Positions 31,378 through 42,571 are shown, counted from the stretch's first letter. The stretch: DNA of 64,000 nt from Coleofasciculus sp. B1-GNL1-01 (GCA_040220235.1 JAVJTO010000070.1); one strand, 5' to 3'. Program-made: numbers and translations. Notes: generated from the letters alone by a model not told the origin.

Positions 31378-34300
31378 ATGGCTATTTTACCCAATTCCCT
31401 TGAATCTACCCCCAACTCCACCAAAGACCAACAGACACCGGAATCGCAACAACACAGCGAAGCCCAATTTCAGGCGTTAGTTGCCAATATTCCAGGCGCT
31501 GTCTATCGTTGTACCTGGGACTCGACGGGGACGATGACGTTTCTGAGTTCAGCGATTCAGGATATTTCTGGCTATGAGGCGTCAGAGTTTATTCACGATC
31601 GCATTCGTTCCTTTGACAGTATTATCCACCCTCACGATCGCCGTCGTGTGAAAGAAAGCGTGGGACAAAGTATTGACAACCAGCACTCCTACGTGCTGGA
31701 GTACCGGATTGTCCGCGCCGATGGCAAAATCGCTTGGGTCTATGATAAAGGTCAAGGGACGCGGGATGAGAATGGTGTCGTCCAATGGCTGGATGGCGTG
31801 ATCCTGGATATTAGCGATCGCAAACAAAAAGAAGTGCAACTGCGAGAGACGCAAGCCTTCCTCAACTCCGTGATCGAGAATCTCCCGGTGGGTGTCTTTA
31901 TTAAAGATGCCAAAGCGTTACAGGTAATGTACTGGAACAAAACCAGCGAAGAACTCTTGGGTTACTCGAAAGCCCAAGTTCTGGGTAAGAGTGACTATGA
32001 TTTTTTACCCTACCAAGAAGCCCGACTCTTACGGGCGAAGGATCGACAAATACTCATGGGGGGTACATTAGTCGATATTCCTGAAGCCCCCTTGAACACA
32101 CCCCATCGCGGTGAACGCATCGTCAATACCAAAAAAGTCCCGTTGCTGGACGAAACGGGTACGCCTCAGTATCTACTAGGGATTTTTGAAGACATCACTG
32201 AACGCAAGCAAGCCGAAGCCGCTTTGCGAAAATCGGAACGTCATTATCGCTGTATCGTGGAAACCGCATCCGAGGGGGTTTGGGTGTTTGATGAGAATAA
32301 CCAAATCACCTTCGCCAATAGTCGCATGGCGCAAATGCTGGGGTATACGATCTCACAAATGCAGGGGCGATCGCTGTTTGATTTTATTGACAGCGAATCC
32401 CAAGCGCTAATCCAAACCTACTTAGATCGTCGCCGTCAAGGAATCCAGGAACGCTACGATTTCAAGTTTCGCCGCAAAGATGGATCAAATCTATGGGCGA
32501 TTATTTCGGCGACGCCACTGTTTAATGATCAAGGGGGGTTTGTCGGCGTACTAAGAATGATTACCGACATTAGCGATCGCAAACAAGCTGAGGAAGCCTT
32601 ACAGGAGAGAGAACAATTTTTAAGCAGCATCCTCAATGGTGTGGAAAACTCGATTAGTGTCGTCGATGTTCATCAACACCAGAGTGAACCTGATCGATCC
32701 TGGGAATTTCGTTATGTGGATGTGAATCCCGCTTACGAACAGTTAATCGGTATCCCCGCCGAACAGTTACGGAATCAACCCCTCGGTGCGATCTTACCGT
32801 CGGATCGGGCAATCACGATGACCGATCATTACACAACCTGTGTCCAGACGGGAACATCCCTATCCTATGAAGAATGTTTTTGTGTACAGGGACAAGAACG
32901 GTGGTGGATTACTATCTTAACCCCCCTGCGCGATCAACACGGACAGATCTATCGGGTAGTAAGTACCAGTACCAACATCACCCAGCGCAAGCAAGCGGAA
33001 CAAAAAACGGCGCGATTGACGGCGATTTTGGAAAGTACCACCGATTTTGTCAGTATGTGTGAATCAGATGGGACGCTCCTCTATATTAATAAGGCGGGGC
33101 GGCAATTAGTGGGACTTGATCCAGATCAGGAGATCAGCCATCTACGGATGTGGGATTTCCATCCCCAGTCAGTGAACCGACGGTTGTTCGCCGAAGCCTT
33201 ACCCACCGTGATCCAGGACAAAGTATGGCAAGGTGAAACCTCACTCCTGCACCAACAGGATTGGGAAATTCCTGTGTCTCAAGTAGTGATGGCGCATCCC
33301 GGCGCAACGGGAGAGGTGGAGGTGTTTTCCACAATTATCCGGGATATTAGCGATCGCAAACAAGCCGAGGAAGCCTTGCGGAAATCAGAACAGGAGTTGA
33401 GAGTCAAAAACCAGGATCTCCAGCACACCTTAGATCAACTCAAAAAGACGCAAACCCAACTGATTCAACAGGAAAAAATGGTTAGTTTGGGTCAGATGGT
33501 GGCGGGTATTGCCCACGAAATCAACAACCCGATTAGTTTTATTGCCGGGAATATTACCTATACTCGTCAATATGGGATGGAATTGTTGCAGTTGTTGCAA
33601 CTCTATGCCAAACACTATCCCCAACCCGTTGCCGAAATTCAAGACGAGATTGAGGCTGTTGATTTAGACTTTGTTAGGGGAGATTTTCCCAAACTCTTGA
33701 ACTCCATGGAAGAGGGTGCCAATCGCATCCGCCAAATTGTCTTATCCCTGCGGAATTTCTCCCGTTTGGATGAGGCGGAAATTAAGCCGGTGGATATCCA
33801 TGACGGGATGGAAAGCACCTTACTCGTTTTACAGCATCGGCTCAAATCAACACTGAATCGTCCAGAAATTCAGGTTGACAAACATTATGGCAACTTGCCA
33901 TTGGTGGAATGCTACGCCAGTCAGCTTAATCAGGTGTTTTTGAATATCCTGGGGAATGCGATTGATGCCTTAGACACCCACCCGGAACCCCGCAGGATTA
34001 CGATATCTACGGCAGTGAGTTCTCAATTACCCGTTGTCCCATTGGAGGAGTCACCAGACAAGGAACCCCAGAACTCGCAACCGATTGAACGGGTAATTAT
34101 TCGGATCAAGGATAATGGTCCAGGTATCCCCGAAGCGATTCAAAAACAAATCTTTGATCCGTTCTTTACTACCAAATCCATTGGCACAGGGACAGGTTTA
34201 GGGTTATCGATTTCTCACTCAATTGTGGTGGATAAACATGGGGGTCAATTGACCTGTCTTTCCCAACCGGATCAAGGGACAGAGTTTGTAATTGAGTTAC

Positions 34301-34392
34301 CAATAAAGCAACAATTGCTCTCGTCTCCGCTTAAGTTTTCCTTTGGGGAATCTTTAGCCTTACCACCAAAGTTTGTGCAGTCGTCAGCATGA
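31378..34392 (+). CDS. Multi-PAS sensor histidine kinase
   Basis: Five PAS/PAC units, AGIAHEINNP H-box, LNQVFLNILGNAIDA, DNGPG, FDPFFTTK, GTGLGL. Confidence 0.93.
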   Translation: MAILPNSLESTPNSTKDQQTPESQQHSEAQFQALVANIPGAVYRCTWDSTGTMTFLSSAIQDISGYEASEFIHDRIRSFDSIIHPHDRRRVKESVGQSIDNQHSYVLEYRIVRADGKIAWVYDKGQGTRDENGVVQWLDGVILDISDRKQKEVQLRETQAFLNSVIENLPVGVFIKDAKALQVMYWNKTSEELLGYSKAQVLGKSDYDFLPYQEARLLRAKDRQILMGGTLVDIPEAPLNTPHRGERIVNTKKVPLLDETGTPQYLLGIFEDITERKQAEAALRKSERHYRCIVETASEGVWVFDENNQITFANSRMAQMLGYTISQMQGRSLFDFIDSESQALIQTYLDRRRQGIQERYDFKFRRKDGSNLWAIISATPLFNDQGGFVGVLRMITDISDRKQAEEALQEREQFLSSILNGVENSISVVDVHQHQSEPDRSWEFRYVDVNPAYEQLIGIPAEQLRNQPLGAILPSDRAITMTDHYTTCVQTGTSLSYEECFCVQGQERWWITILTPLRDQHGQIYRVVSTSTNITQRKQAEQKTARLTAILESTTDFVSMCESDGTLLYINKAGRQLVGLDPDQEISHLRMWDFHPQSVNRRLFAEALPTVIQDKVWQGETSLLHQQDWEIPVSQVVMAHPGATGEVEVFSTIIRDISDRKQAEEALRKSEQELRVKNQDLQHTLDQLKKTQTQLIQQEKMVSLGQMVAGIAHEINNPISFIAGNITYTRQYGMELLQLLQLYAKHYPQPVAEIQDEIEAVDLDFVRGDFPKLLNSMEEGANRIRQIVLSLRNFSRLDEAEIKPVDIHDGMESTLLVLQHRLKSTLNRPEIQVDKHYGNLPLVECYASQLNQVFLNILGNAIDALDTHPEPRRITISTAVSSQLPVVPLEESPDKEPQNSQPIERVIIRIKDNGPGIPEAIQKQIFDPFFTTKSIGTGTGLGLSISHSIVVDKHGGQLTCLSQPDQGTEFVIELPIKQQLLSSPLKFSFGESLALPPKFVQSSA

Positions 34393-34477
34393 GTTAGCAG
34401 AGACGTTCCGCCGGAACGTCTCTACAAATCTACTACCTAAGAGATAAAGGGAGTGTCACTTCATCGGATTTGGTATA

Positions 34478-34688
34478 ATAAGCTGTTCGGCATTTAAACC
34501 TTAATATCAATAACGGCGAAAGCCTTGTAGTGGGGAGCATCCCGTTTTGGACAAAGCATTATTCAAGTAACGCAATTGCAAGGGTTTCAGCCCCATTCAA
34601 AGAGCCAACGTGCCAAATTGGGATGCTCCCTTGTAGTGCGAGCATCTTGCTCGCTACTAATACCCAATTTAAATGCATGACAGCTTAT
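34478..34688. mobile_element. MITE (ATAAGCTG..GCATTTAAA ends) containing a nested MITE
   Basis: Outer imperfect inverted ends 34478-34498 and 34668-34688. Confidence 0.7.
34533..34630. mobile_element. 98-bp MITE with GGGAGCATCCC ends and an 8-bp target duplication
   Basis: 16/18 terminal inverted repeat; TTGTAGTG duplicated at 34525 and 34631. Confidence 0.85.
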
Positions 34689-34938
34689 ACGCTCTAGCCA
34701 CTACCCATCATGGCAATACTATCCGCGCTAATCGCCACGTTAAGTCAGGCAGTTTTTTCATCCGTCACAGATTTAACCGGAATTAAAAAAAACACACAGA
34801 AATATTTAAATAGGCTTTACATCACTTTTTTGCGCTGAAGTTATGATGTGGATATAAAAAAACAATCTGAAATGCGGCGAAGTTGAAATTAGGACAGCTT
34901 GCTCACAACCATTGCTCTGATAACCCGACTCCTGAATT

Positions 34939-36135
34939 ATGCTGAAAACTACCCAACTGGTCAAAAAAAGTTCAGTCGAACGCCTCGTCAAGCTATGGGC
35001 GCAGCGTTACATGCCAGACTTGTCAACTCTATCCTCAATAGAAGGGGGGTTGACTCCCACTGATTTGATCGCCGCATCTTCTAGAGAAGGGCGAATTCAA
35101 ACCGTTGCCGAAATACGGCGCTTAGTCCAGATCCACTGTGAACGCGCTGGGATGAAAACCAATGCTCTTTTCTCTTATGTCCCTAATGTTGTGAATTTAG
35201 CTGAAGCTCGGCGATTGGCTCTGTTTGGAGCAAAGGCTTATTCCAAGGCAATGGATGTTTACTTGCAGCAATCGCCATCTACCTCATCCCTAGCTGCAAT
35301 GCGATTGACACTGACTCAAAATAACTCCAAAAAAGTAATTGATTTATCAAGCAAAGTCTTTGCAAATTGGGCGAAACAAGCCTTAGAATTACCTGCCATT
35401 GAACAGCTCTACACAGAACTTGAACCCTCATTATTGGAACTTCAACAGCAACATTTAGTCTCAAAAGACCCGCGCACAATTGGCTTTATCAATACCCAGT
35501 TTCACTTCAGTGCCGCATTAATCCTCAACAAACTCACCCTTGCCGAGCAAGTGTTAGTCAGCCCCTATCTGAAGTTTATCGAAGAGCAAGCTTGTATTCC
35601 CTGGAGACGGGTGTGTTCAGCTGCTGCCCAGCATGAGCCAAGTTCACCTATCTTAGCCATTGTCGAACAGATGCTACCGCTCAGTCACGAAATTGCCAAC
35701 AAAGTTTACAATCAATGCATCGAATTATTCCCTCATCATCAAAGCCGTCGAGGTGGACTAATTGACCCAGGTGTAACAGCCTCGACAACCAGAGATCTGA
35801 ATATGTTCCAAAGCTATTTATGGTTATGTGTGCTAGAGGAAAGTATGGCAGCCGTTGAACAAGAACTCGTGCCTTTATGTGTGATGGTTTTTCCTAGCGT
35901 AGATGTAGCTTGGGATCTGGTAGCGGATATGACCCAATTACTCATAGATGAAGTCCTCGATCGTATTCCAGCAAACTCAAAGTATCTAGTACAACCCTAT
36001 GCTCACACCATGAATGAAATCTTCTCCAATCTTGAGCAGAAAGCCGATGAACTTAGTCAAGGATTGTATAAATTCGTTGACGATTCAATGCGACTGACAA
36101 TGAAATACTCGGCTAAATCTGACAATGGGAATTGA
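34939..36135 (+). CDS. Conserved-looking helical hypothetical protein
   Basis: 398-aa ORF with no family confidently recognised. Confidence 0.7.
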   Translation: MLKTTQLVKKSSVERLVKLWAQRYMPDLSTLSSIEGGLTPTDLIAASSREGRIQTVAEIRRLVQIHCERAGMKTNALFSYVPNVVNLAEARRLALFGAKAYSKAMDVYLQQSPSTSSLAAMRLTLTQNNSKKVIDLSSKVFANWAKQALELPAIEQLYTELEPSLLELQQQHLVSKDPRTIGFINTQFHFSAALILNKLTLAEQVLVSPYLKFIEEQACIPWRRVCSAAAQHEPSSPILAIVEQMLPLSHEIANKVYNQCIELFPHHQSRRGGLIDPGVTASTTRDLNMFQSYLWLCVLEESMAAVEQELVPLCVMVFPSVDVAWDLVADMTQLLIDEVLDRIPANSKYLVQPYAHTMNEIFSNLEQKADELSQGLYKFVDDSMRLTMKYSAKSDNGN

Positions 36136-36182
36136 TCATTGGAAACGGATAAAAGCCATAGGCAAACCTAGTCAATATAATC

Positions 36183-36378
36183 TATATGGCACTACGCATT
36201 GAGGTTAGGACAATAAAATTGGGTAAAAAGGCAACAGGCAACAGAGAAATGTCCTAACGTATCTCCGTAGTGCTATATAGCTGTTCGCTCTGGTGTAGTT
36301 ACAGGATAAATTTTCTAATGCACTCCTGATCAAGCATCCATGCTCTAATGTGTAAATATACTAGCGCGAAGCGCTATA
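36183..36378. mobile_element. Two abutting TATAGC-ended MITEs
   Basis: 36183-36277 (GCACTACG..GTTAGGACA ends) and 36276-36378 (GC..TTCGC ends) joined at TATA. Confidence 0.65.
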
Positions 36379-36648
36379 GATGAATTCTCAAAAAATAATT
36401 TTATAGAAATTCAAAACTCGGTCAGGGCAGGTTTTGTACAAAGGTTACTATTAATCTAAAGTTTCGTAATACAGATGTACTGCACTCAGGACAAATACAT
36501 GAAACAGAGATGAATAAGTTTCTCCAGTTTGCTGTATAATATTGATTCATCACCTATGTAGAGTCACGGTCGTTCATTCGGACTTTAATTATGCCGACCT
36601 AATTAATAGTTGAATCACCAACATACACGATAAGAAAACTAACGAGGA

Positions 36649-38643
36649 GTGATGTCATACTGTATCGCATTTTTCTGGGAAATTTTTATTCTGTTATCCC
36701 TCAGCGGTTGGGGCGGAACTGTTAATCGCATTTTGTTTCCCAAAGATCAAGTTGATTGGGGGCAAAAAGCGGCGTGGGGCATGGCTTTCAGTATGGTCAT
36801 TGGCGGATTATTAAATCTGACATGGACAATTTCAACAACTAGCATACTGCTCTATTTAGGTTTAGGTATTATTGGTTTTATACTTGATATTTATCAATCC
36901 AAGTTTATCGGATTTAATTCTTTAAATAAAGCCAAAATAAAATTGAATAATAACATTGGGATAATCATCGTAGCTTGTCTAATTTTCGGATTGCTTATCA
37001 TCCAATATGCCGGGTGGGTTGCTACGGATAAATTTCATTCAGTTGATGACTATTTTGCTTATTTGGTTTTTCCCAATAAAATGCTAGATATGGGTTCAAT
37101 GGGTCTTGATCCTTTCAGTCGTAGGAGGCTAGAATCTTCCCTAGGCGCTCAGTCTTTTCTCCATACGTTTGTTTTAAGCATTTTACCTGAACGTAATATT
37201 CGGATCATTGATCCGGGAATTTCCTGGCTTATCTTATTTTTAGGTGTTTTAGGTCTTTTTAAAGATAACAATATTCCCCCTAAAAAAAGACTTTTAATTT
37301 TATGCCCATTGCTACTGGTGATTCCCCCTGCACGGAATACGACCAGTATTGTTGTAGGTTCTGTATTATTTTTGAGTCTTTTTCGTACTCTAGATTGGCA
37401 AAAATTAAAATCTTACCACTTTTTAAAGAGGGCATCTATTATTGCATTGATTACAGCCGCTATTTTTTCAGCAAAATATACTCTGCTTATAGCCGCTGTT
37501 ATTTTATTGGCAGCAAGTTACTACTTTTATATTAAGAATTATCGCCCTATCAAAAAAGCATTCTATGAGTTGTGTGCCGCCGGAGCATTGACTTTACTAT
37601 TTATTTTACCCTGGATGATTTCATTATACCAATCATCCGGAACGTTGCTTTATCCTTTCTTAGGCAAAGGCTATCATGCCGCCATCTATTACGATCATTA
37701 TACGCAGCGTACTGGCGATATGCTGACCTTAAAAGGGTTCTCGGAAATGATTAAAGCAGCGCTGGAAGTAACTCACATTGGATTTCTATTGGTGGCTGGG
37801 GCTTATCTACGATTGAACCCTGGGAAAACATGGCAGAAGGAAGAACGCGGAGCAACTTTATCACTACTAATTAGTTCGGCGGTGGGGATCGCCCTTTTAT
37901 TGGGTTTGGCTGGGGTAGTAGCTGAACGTTATACCTTTCCTTTCGCATACGTAACGATTATCGTTTTGGTGGTGAAAATAATCAGCAACATTGAAGTCAA
38001 AGACAAAGAGAAGAATGATCACAAATTTACTAAATATACCTCCGCCCTCGTTGCTATGCTGGTACTGGGTATGCTTATTGGTAAAGGCAGTGGTTGGAAT
38101 GCCAGCCGAGAGTTTTATCAAAGTCATGTAGGAAATATCCGGCGCAGCTTATCGGGTACGCCTTTAGTTTTAGCGCCAAAACAGGAAGCTGAGCAATATA
38201 AAAATGTACAGGAGTCAATTCCCGAAGGTGAACTTCTTTTAACCCGACTCGATAAACCATTTCTACTGGATTTTAGTCGTAATACAATTTACATTGTAGA
38301 TAGTCCAGGTCATGCGAGTTTACCACCAGGTATGCCTTTATTTAAAGGTGCTGAAGCCCTGAGTGACTATTTAGCGTCCAAATCCATTCAATATGTCGCC
38401 TATTCTTATAATCCCGAACCCGCACATCAAAGAGACTATTGGGTGCGAAAACTGGGAGACGAGATTTATCCCTGGGTTGAACCTGATCGGATTATAAACG
38501 TTCTTCGTCCTTCTCTCAGAAGCGAAGTTCAGTACACATTAGATTTCCAAGACAATTTGAAAAAGCTGGGTAATTTAAGAGAAAGAATCTATGACGACGG
38601 CGAAATTTTTGTGATCGACTTGAGCCGTCATAAAGAGGGGTAA
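36649..38643 (+). CDS. Polytopic membrane protein, possibly a GT-C-type glycosyltransferase
   Basis: Many TM segments, DDYFAY loop after the early TMs, SGTLLYPF, ERY motif, soluble C-terminus. Confidence 0.6.
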   Translation: MMSYCIAFFWEIFILLSLSGWGGTVNRILFPKDQVDWGQKAAWGMAFSMVIGGLLNLTWTISTTSILLYLGLGIIGFILDIYQSKFIGFNSLNKAKIKLNNNIGIIIVACLIFGLLIIQYAGWVATDKFHSVDDYFAYLVFPNKMLDMGSMGLDPFSRRRLESSLGAQSFLHTFVLSILPERNIRIIDPGISWLILFLGVLGLFKDNNIPPKKRLLILCPLLLVIPPARNTTSIVVGSVLFLSLFRTLDWQKLKSYHFLKRASIIALITAAIFSAKYTLLIAAVILLAASYYFYIKNYRPIKKAFYELCAAGALTLLFILPWMISLYQSSGTLLYPFLGKGYHAAIYYDHYTQRTGDMLTLKGFSEMIKAALEVTHIGFLLVAGAYLRLNPGKTWQKEERGATLSLLISSAVGIALLLGLAGVVAERYTFPFAYVTIIVLVVKIISNIEVKDKEKNDHKFTKYTSALVAMLVLGMLIGKGSGWNASREFYQSHVGNIRRSLSGTPLVLAPKQEAEQYKNVQESIPEGELLLTRLDKPFLLDFSRNTIYIVDSPGHASLPPGMPLFKGAEALSDYLASKSIQYVAYSYNPEPAHQRDYWVRKLGDEIYPWVEPDRIINVLRPSLRSEVQYTLDFQDNLKKLGNLRERIYDDGEIFVIDLSRHKEG

Positions 38644-38744
38644 TGGATTCACCCCTTTTTATAGCACTATGGGGATAGGTTAGGACATCAGTTGATCCCA
38701 ATAAGGAACAGGGAACAGGGAATCTTGTCCGGGCGGGCATAATA

Positions 38745-39785
38745 TCACCCTTTGTTTTTCTGTAATTGCTTCAATGTTTGATACATTTCCGGTAACCGAT
38801 TATAAATCGCGGATACTTTCAAAAATAATTTATGGGGAACAGCAGGAGTACCCGAGACAATCGCCCCGGGTTCGACATCATTATGAATCCCCGATTTTGC
38901 CGAGGCGATCGCGCCGTCTCCAATCTTAGCTTGATTGGCAATCCCAACTTGACCAGCGAGAATTACCCGATTCCCGATTTTCACACCTCCAGCTAAACCA
39001 ACTTGCGCCGCGATCGCACAAGCACTTCCCACTTGACACCCATGACCAATTTGGACTAAGTTATCGATTTTAGTATGACCACCAATCCGAGTTTCTCCCA
39101 CCGCCGGACGATCAATCGTCGTATTACAGCCGATTTCCACCCCATCTTCTAATACGGTATACCCCGATTGTTCCATCTTGAACCACCTCTCTTTGGTGGG
39201 GACAAAACCGAACCCTTCCGCACCAATTACCGCACCGCTATGAATCACACAATCCGCCCCAATTTGGCTACGTTCATGGATCGTACAGTTAGCATGTAAA
39301 ATTGTGCGATCGCCAATTTGCACATCGGGATAAATCACCACATTCGGATGAATACAAACCCCATCACCAATCCTCACCCCCGCCTGAATCACCACATGCG
39401 CCCCAATATAAACCCCATCCCCTACCTGCGCCTCTGGATGAATCACAGCGCTAGCATGAATTTCCGGTGCAGGTTTCCAGGGTTGATAGAAAAGTGCGAT
39501 CGCCCGGGCAAATAATAGTCGGGGTTCCGATGCGCCAATCCAAGCAATACCGCGTTCTGTGGCTTGTCGTTGTAACCCGTCATCCAAGGGTAAAATTAAC
39601 GCCCTCGCCTCGGTAGTTTTCACCCTAGCGGCAAACTTAGCCCCCTCAATATAGCTGATCGTACTGGGGGTGGCTTGATCAATTGGGGCGATCCCCTGAA
39701 TCTCTGGATCACCCTCTGGATTAGCTAATAGACTTGTGCGATCGGTGTCTATATTAAGCTTTTCTACCAGTTCACTAAATTTCAT
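38745..39785 (-). CDS. lpxD: UDP-3-O-(3-hydroxyacyl)glucosamine N-acyltransferase
   Basis: Hexapeptide repeats, GAEGFGF, TTIDR, KIDNLVQIGH. Confidence 0.96.
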   Translation of the reverse strand: MKFSELVEKLNIDTDRTSLLANPEGDPEIQGIAPIDQATPSTISYIEGAKFAARVKTTEARALILPLDDGLQRQATERGIAWIGASEPRLLFARAIALFYQPWKPAPEIHASAVIHPEAQVGDGVYIGAHVVIQAGVRIGDGVCIHPNVVIYPDVQIGDRTILHANCTIHERSQIGADCVIHSGAVIGAEGFGFVPTKERWFKMEQSGYTVLEDGVEIGCNTTIDRPAVGETRIGGHTKIDNLVQIGHGCQVGSACAIAAQVGLAGGVKIGNRVILAGQVGIANQAKIGDGAIASAKSGIHNDVEPGAIVSGTPAVPHKLFLKVSAIYNRLPEMYQTLKQLQKNKG

Positions 39786-39857
39786 CGTCGTCAGGGTTCA
39801 TGGTTGATCGTTCATGGTTCATGGTTCAGCCATGGACGTTTTTAGCAAAGGATTTAA

Positions 39858-40244
39858 TTAATTGCTAATCGGTCTATTATAGTTAACCGTTACCCTGCCA
39901 TTGGTTTGATTGACAGTGACGCTGGTTTCTACGGTAAACACATTTGCACCGGGAGGACGTCCTTTAAAGGTAAATGTTATGGTATTATCGTCGTTCTCTG
40001 TATAAGGTGCATCTTGTACCGGACCATGCATCGCCGCTTCCGCCCGATATTGCCTCAATCCACCATTAATCCGTTCAGCCGCTTGTCGGGCTAGATTTTT
40101 CGCCCGATTCAGGTCAATGTAATATCCGGGATCTATATCTGGAGATGATGCAGGCGATCGCGGGGATGTCTGGGCTATGCCATTGACGGTATTTCCTGTA
40201 AACGTTATCAAACTTAGGGCAGAAACTATTAGGATTTTATACAT
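39858..40244 (-). CDS. Secreted cyanobacterial hypothetical protein
   Basis: Signal peptide from MYKIL; LNRAKNLARQAAE..NGGL..YRAE..MHGP. Confidence 0.7.
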   Translation of the reverse strand: MYKILIVSALSLITFTGNTVNGIAQTSPRSPASSPDIDPGYYIDLNRAKNLARQAAERINGGLRQYRAEAAMHGPVQDAPYTENDDNTITFTFKGRPPGANVFTVETSVTVNQTNGRVTVNYNRPISN

Positions 40245-40463
40245 ACTTCTATCCTCACCAGTTTGAAGACATAGATTATATATTATAGCGTTTTTTATAA
40301 GAACTAGGGTATGCAAACTTTGAGGGCGCAAGCCTTGTGAGGCTACGTGAGACAGGGATAGTTTTATTGTTTATTTACCAGCACAAAAAAATATTCCATA
40401 AATTAAAAAATTAATATCATTCTGTTTGGTTATAAATCCTATAAATTTGTCCCTCAAGTCCTC

Positions 40464-40586
40464 TAAGTAGGTTGGTGGAAATAAACCGAATTATGTTAAG
40501 TTCTGTGAATGTTCCTCAAACCCTTACAAATGACGAATGACGAATGACGATCTCCGCCGTTAACTTTAATTGTCCCCACCTACTTA
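40464..40586. mobile_element. Complete TAAGTAG-type MITE
   Basis: TAAGTAGGTTGG ... CCCCACCTACTTA ends, GAATGAC heptamers; followed by CTCTGCG repeats (also at 48320-48362). Confidence 0.75.
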
Positions 40587-40759
40587 CCCCCTCTGCGTTA
40601 CTCTGCGTAAACCTCTGCGTTCCTCTGCGTTGAAAAAATATAATTTTGTAACGGATTTGATCTGAATTAGGAATTAGGGCGGGTTTTGTTGTTCATTTAT
40701 CGGTGGATATCCGAATTGAGTCCCTAAACCCGCCCCTACAATTATGGTTAAACCCGCCC

Positions 40760-41983
40760 CTACATTGTCCCCATTGCTTGACCTGCTAACCAAGCCGTTG
40801 TCCAAGCATTCTGAAAATTAAATCCGCCCGTAATTCCATCAACATCCAGGATTTCACCCGCAAAGTAAAGCCCTGGACAGCAGCGACTTTCCATTGTTTT
40901 AAAATTCACCTCTTTTAAACTTATCCCGCCGCAGGTGACAAATTCCTCCTTAAAAACACCCTTCCCTTGAATCAAATAACGTCCCTGATTTAATTCTTGT
41001 ACCAATTGATTTAGAGCTTTTTTCGAGAGTTCTGCCCAGCGTTTATTTTGGTCAATACCAACATAGCTAATTAAACTCTGCCATAACCGTTTCGGAATCG
41101 GAATTGGGCAACTCGTGCTGATATGACGGTGCGGAAGTTGAGATTTAACCGATAGTAATAGCTGGCGTAGATAGTCTTGGTTGTATTGGGGAAGCCAATT
41201 GATAATCAAGGGAGTTTGGTAGCGACAATCATGGAAAAATCGAGCCGCCCACGCCGACAGTTTGAGGACGACTGGACCACTTAATCCCCAATGAGTAATC
41301 AGTAAGGAACCCGTTTGTTCCTTGACAGTTTTCCCCGCTTCTGGTAGTTTAAGGCAAACATCATTCACACTAATTCCGGCTAAATCCTGTAAGCGTGGGT
41401 CTGATATCGTAAACGTAAATAAAGAGGGGACAGGGGCTTGAATCGAATGACCCAAATCCTTAGCAAAGCGATAACCAAGGGGATTACTCCCTGTCGCAAA
41501 AAGCACGCGATCGCACTCAATTATTTCTCCGGTTTTTAACTGGAGTTGAAACCCAGAGGTAAAGCGAATGGATTTAACCGGAGTCGCGGTGCGAATCTGA
41601 ATCCCTGCGCTTATAGCCGCGTGGATGAGACAATCCACAATGGTTTGCGACGTATCCGTAACCGGGAACATCCGCCCATCCGCTTCGGTTTTCAACTGTA
41701 CCCCCTGCGCCTCAAACCAGGCGATCGTATCTTTGGGTTGAAACCGCGTAAACGCGCCGCGCAAGGCTTTCCCCCCCCTGGGATAGGCTTGTACCAAAAG
41801 GGCGGGGTCAAAACACGCATGGGTAACATTACAGCGCCCCCCACCAGAAATCCGCACCTTAGTTAAAGGTGTTTTCGAGGCTTCCAGCAGGATGACTTGG
41901 GTGTGAGGATGGGCGGATGCAGATGCGATCGCGCCGAAAAAACCAGCCGCACCCCCACCGATAACGACAATTCTAAGAGACAA
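40760..41983 (-). CDS. BaiN/HI0933-family flavoprotein
   Basis: GGGAAG, KVRISGGGRCNVT, GRMFP, VTCGG, DGITGGFNFQ. Confidence 0.92.
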   Translation of the reverse strand: MSLRIVVIGGGAAGFFGAIASASAHPHTQVILLEASKTPLTKVRISGGGRCNVTHACFDPALLVQAYPRGGKALRGAFTRFQPKDTIAWFEAQGVQLKTEADGRMFPVTDTSQTIVDCLIHAAISAGIQIRTATPVKSIRFTSGFQLQLKTGEIIECDRVLFATGSNPLGYRFAKDLGHSIQAPVPSLFTFTISDPRLQDLAGISVNDVCLKLPEAGKTVKEQTGSLLITHWGLSGPVVLKLSAWAARFFHDCRYQTPLIINWLPQYNQDYLRQLLLSVKSQLPHRHISTSCPIPIPKRLWQSLISYVGIDQNKRWAELSKKALNQLVQELNQGRYLIQGKGVFKEEFVTCGGISLKEVNFKTMESRCCPGLYFAGEILDVDGITGGFNFQNAWTTAWLAGQAMGTM

Positions 41984-42009
41984 GGTGCTTGCAGTAGTCA
42001 GGGTTATGA

Positions 42010-42171
42010 TTATTCTAAGGGTTCAAAATCCGATTTAGCCGCCCCACAGACGGGACATACCCAGTCATCCGGGATATCCTCAAAGGCGGTTCCGGGTTCG
42101 ATACCGCCATCGGGATCACCTTTTTCGGGATCATATTCGTAGTTGCAAACGGTGCAAACATATTTTTTCAT
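42010..42171 (-). CDS. Rubredoxin
   Basis: [45 protein letters not shown]. Confidence 0.95.
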   Translation of the reverse strand: MKKYVCTVCNYEYDPEKGDPDGGIEPGTAFEDIPDDWVCPVCGAAKSDFEPLE

Positions 42172-42571
42172 ATTGTCTTCTCCTATTATCTGATTCCGTC
42201 GTACAGTGTATCGTACACCGTATTGCACAACTGATTCAGGCTAGCTATAGTGGGATGGAAGAGTTTGGCACAGCAATTATTTGCTATTTTACCGAAGAAA
42301 AATGCTTTTAGGGGTTGGCGAATCTAGGGGATGATTGACAACCGCTGAGTAGTCGTCTAAAGTAACAGGATCTAAGCATTCAACGAAATTTAGAGCGTCA
42401 ACTTCGCGACGTTGAAGCGATGAAAGCGCATAATGGCTACCGACTGAACTCCCTGATTCAGTCGGTAGCCAGGGAGTTTTGTCTACCTATACTATCTGAT
42501 CGGGTGGTATCGCATGTCTAGCATTGCGATAGTTATAGTGAGAATTTTGCCAACGACAACTGGAGAGTAAG

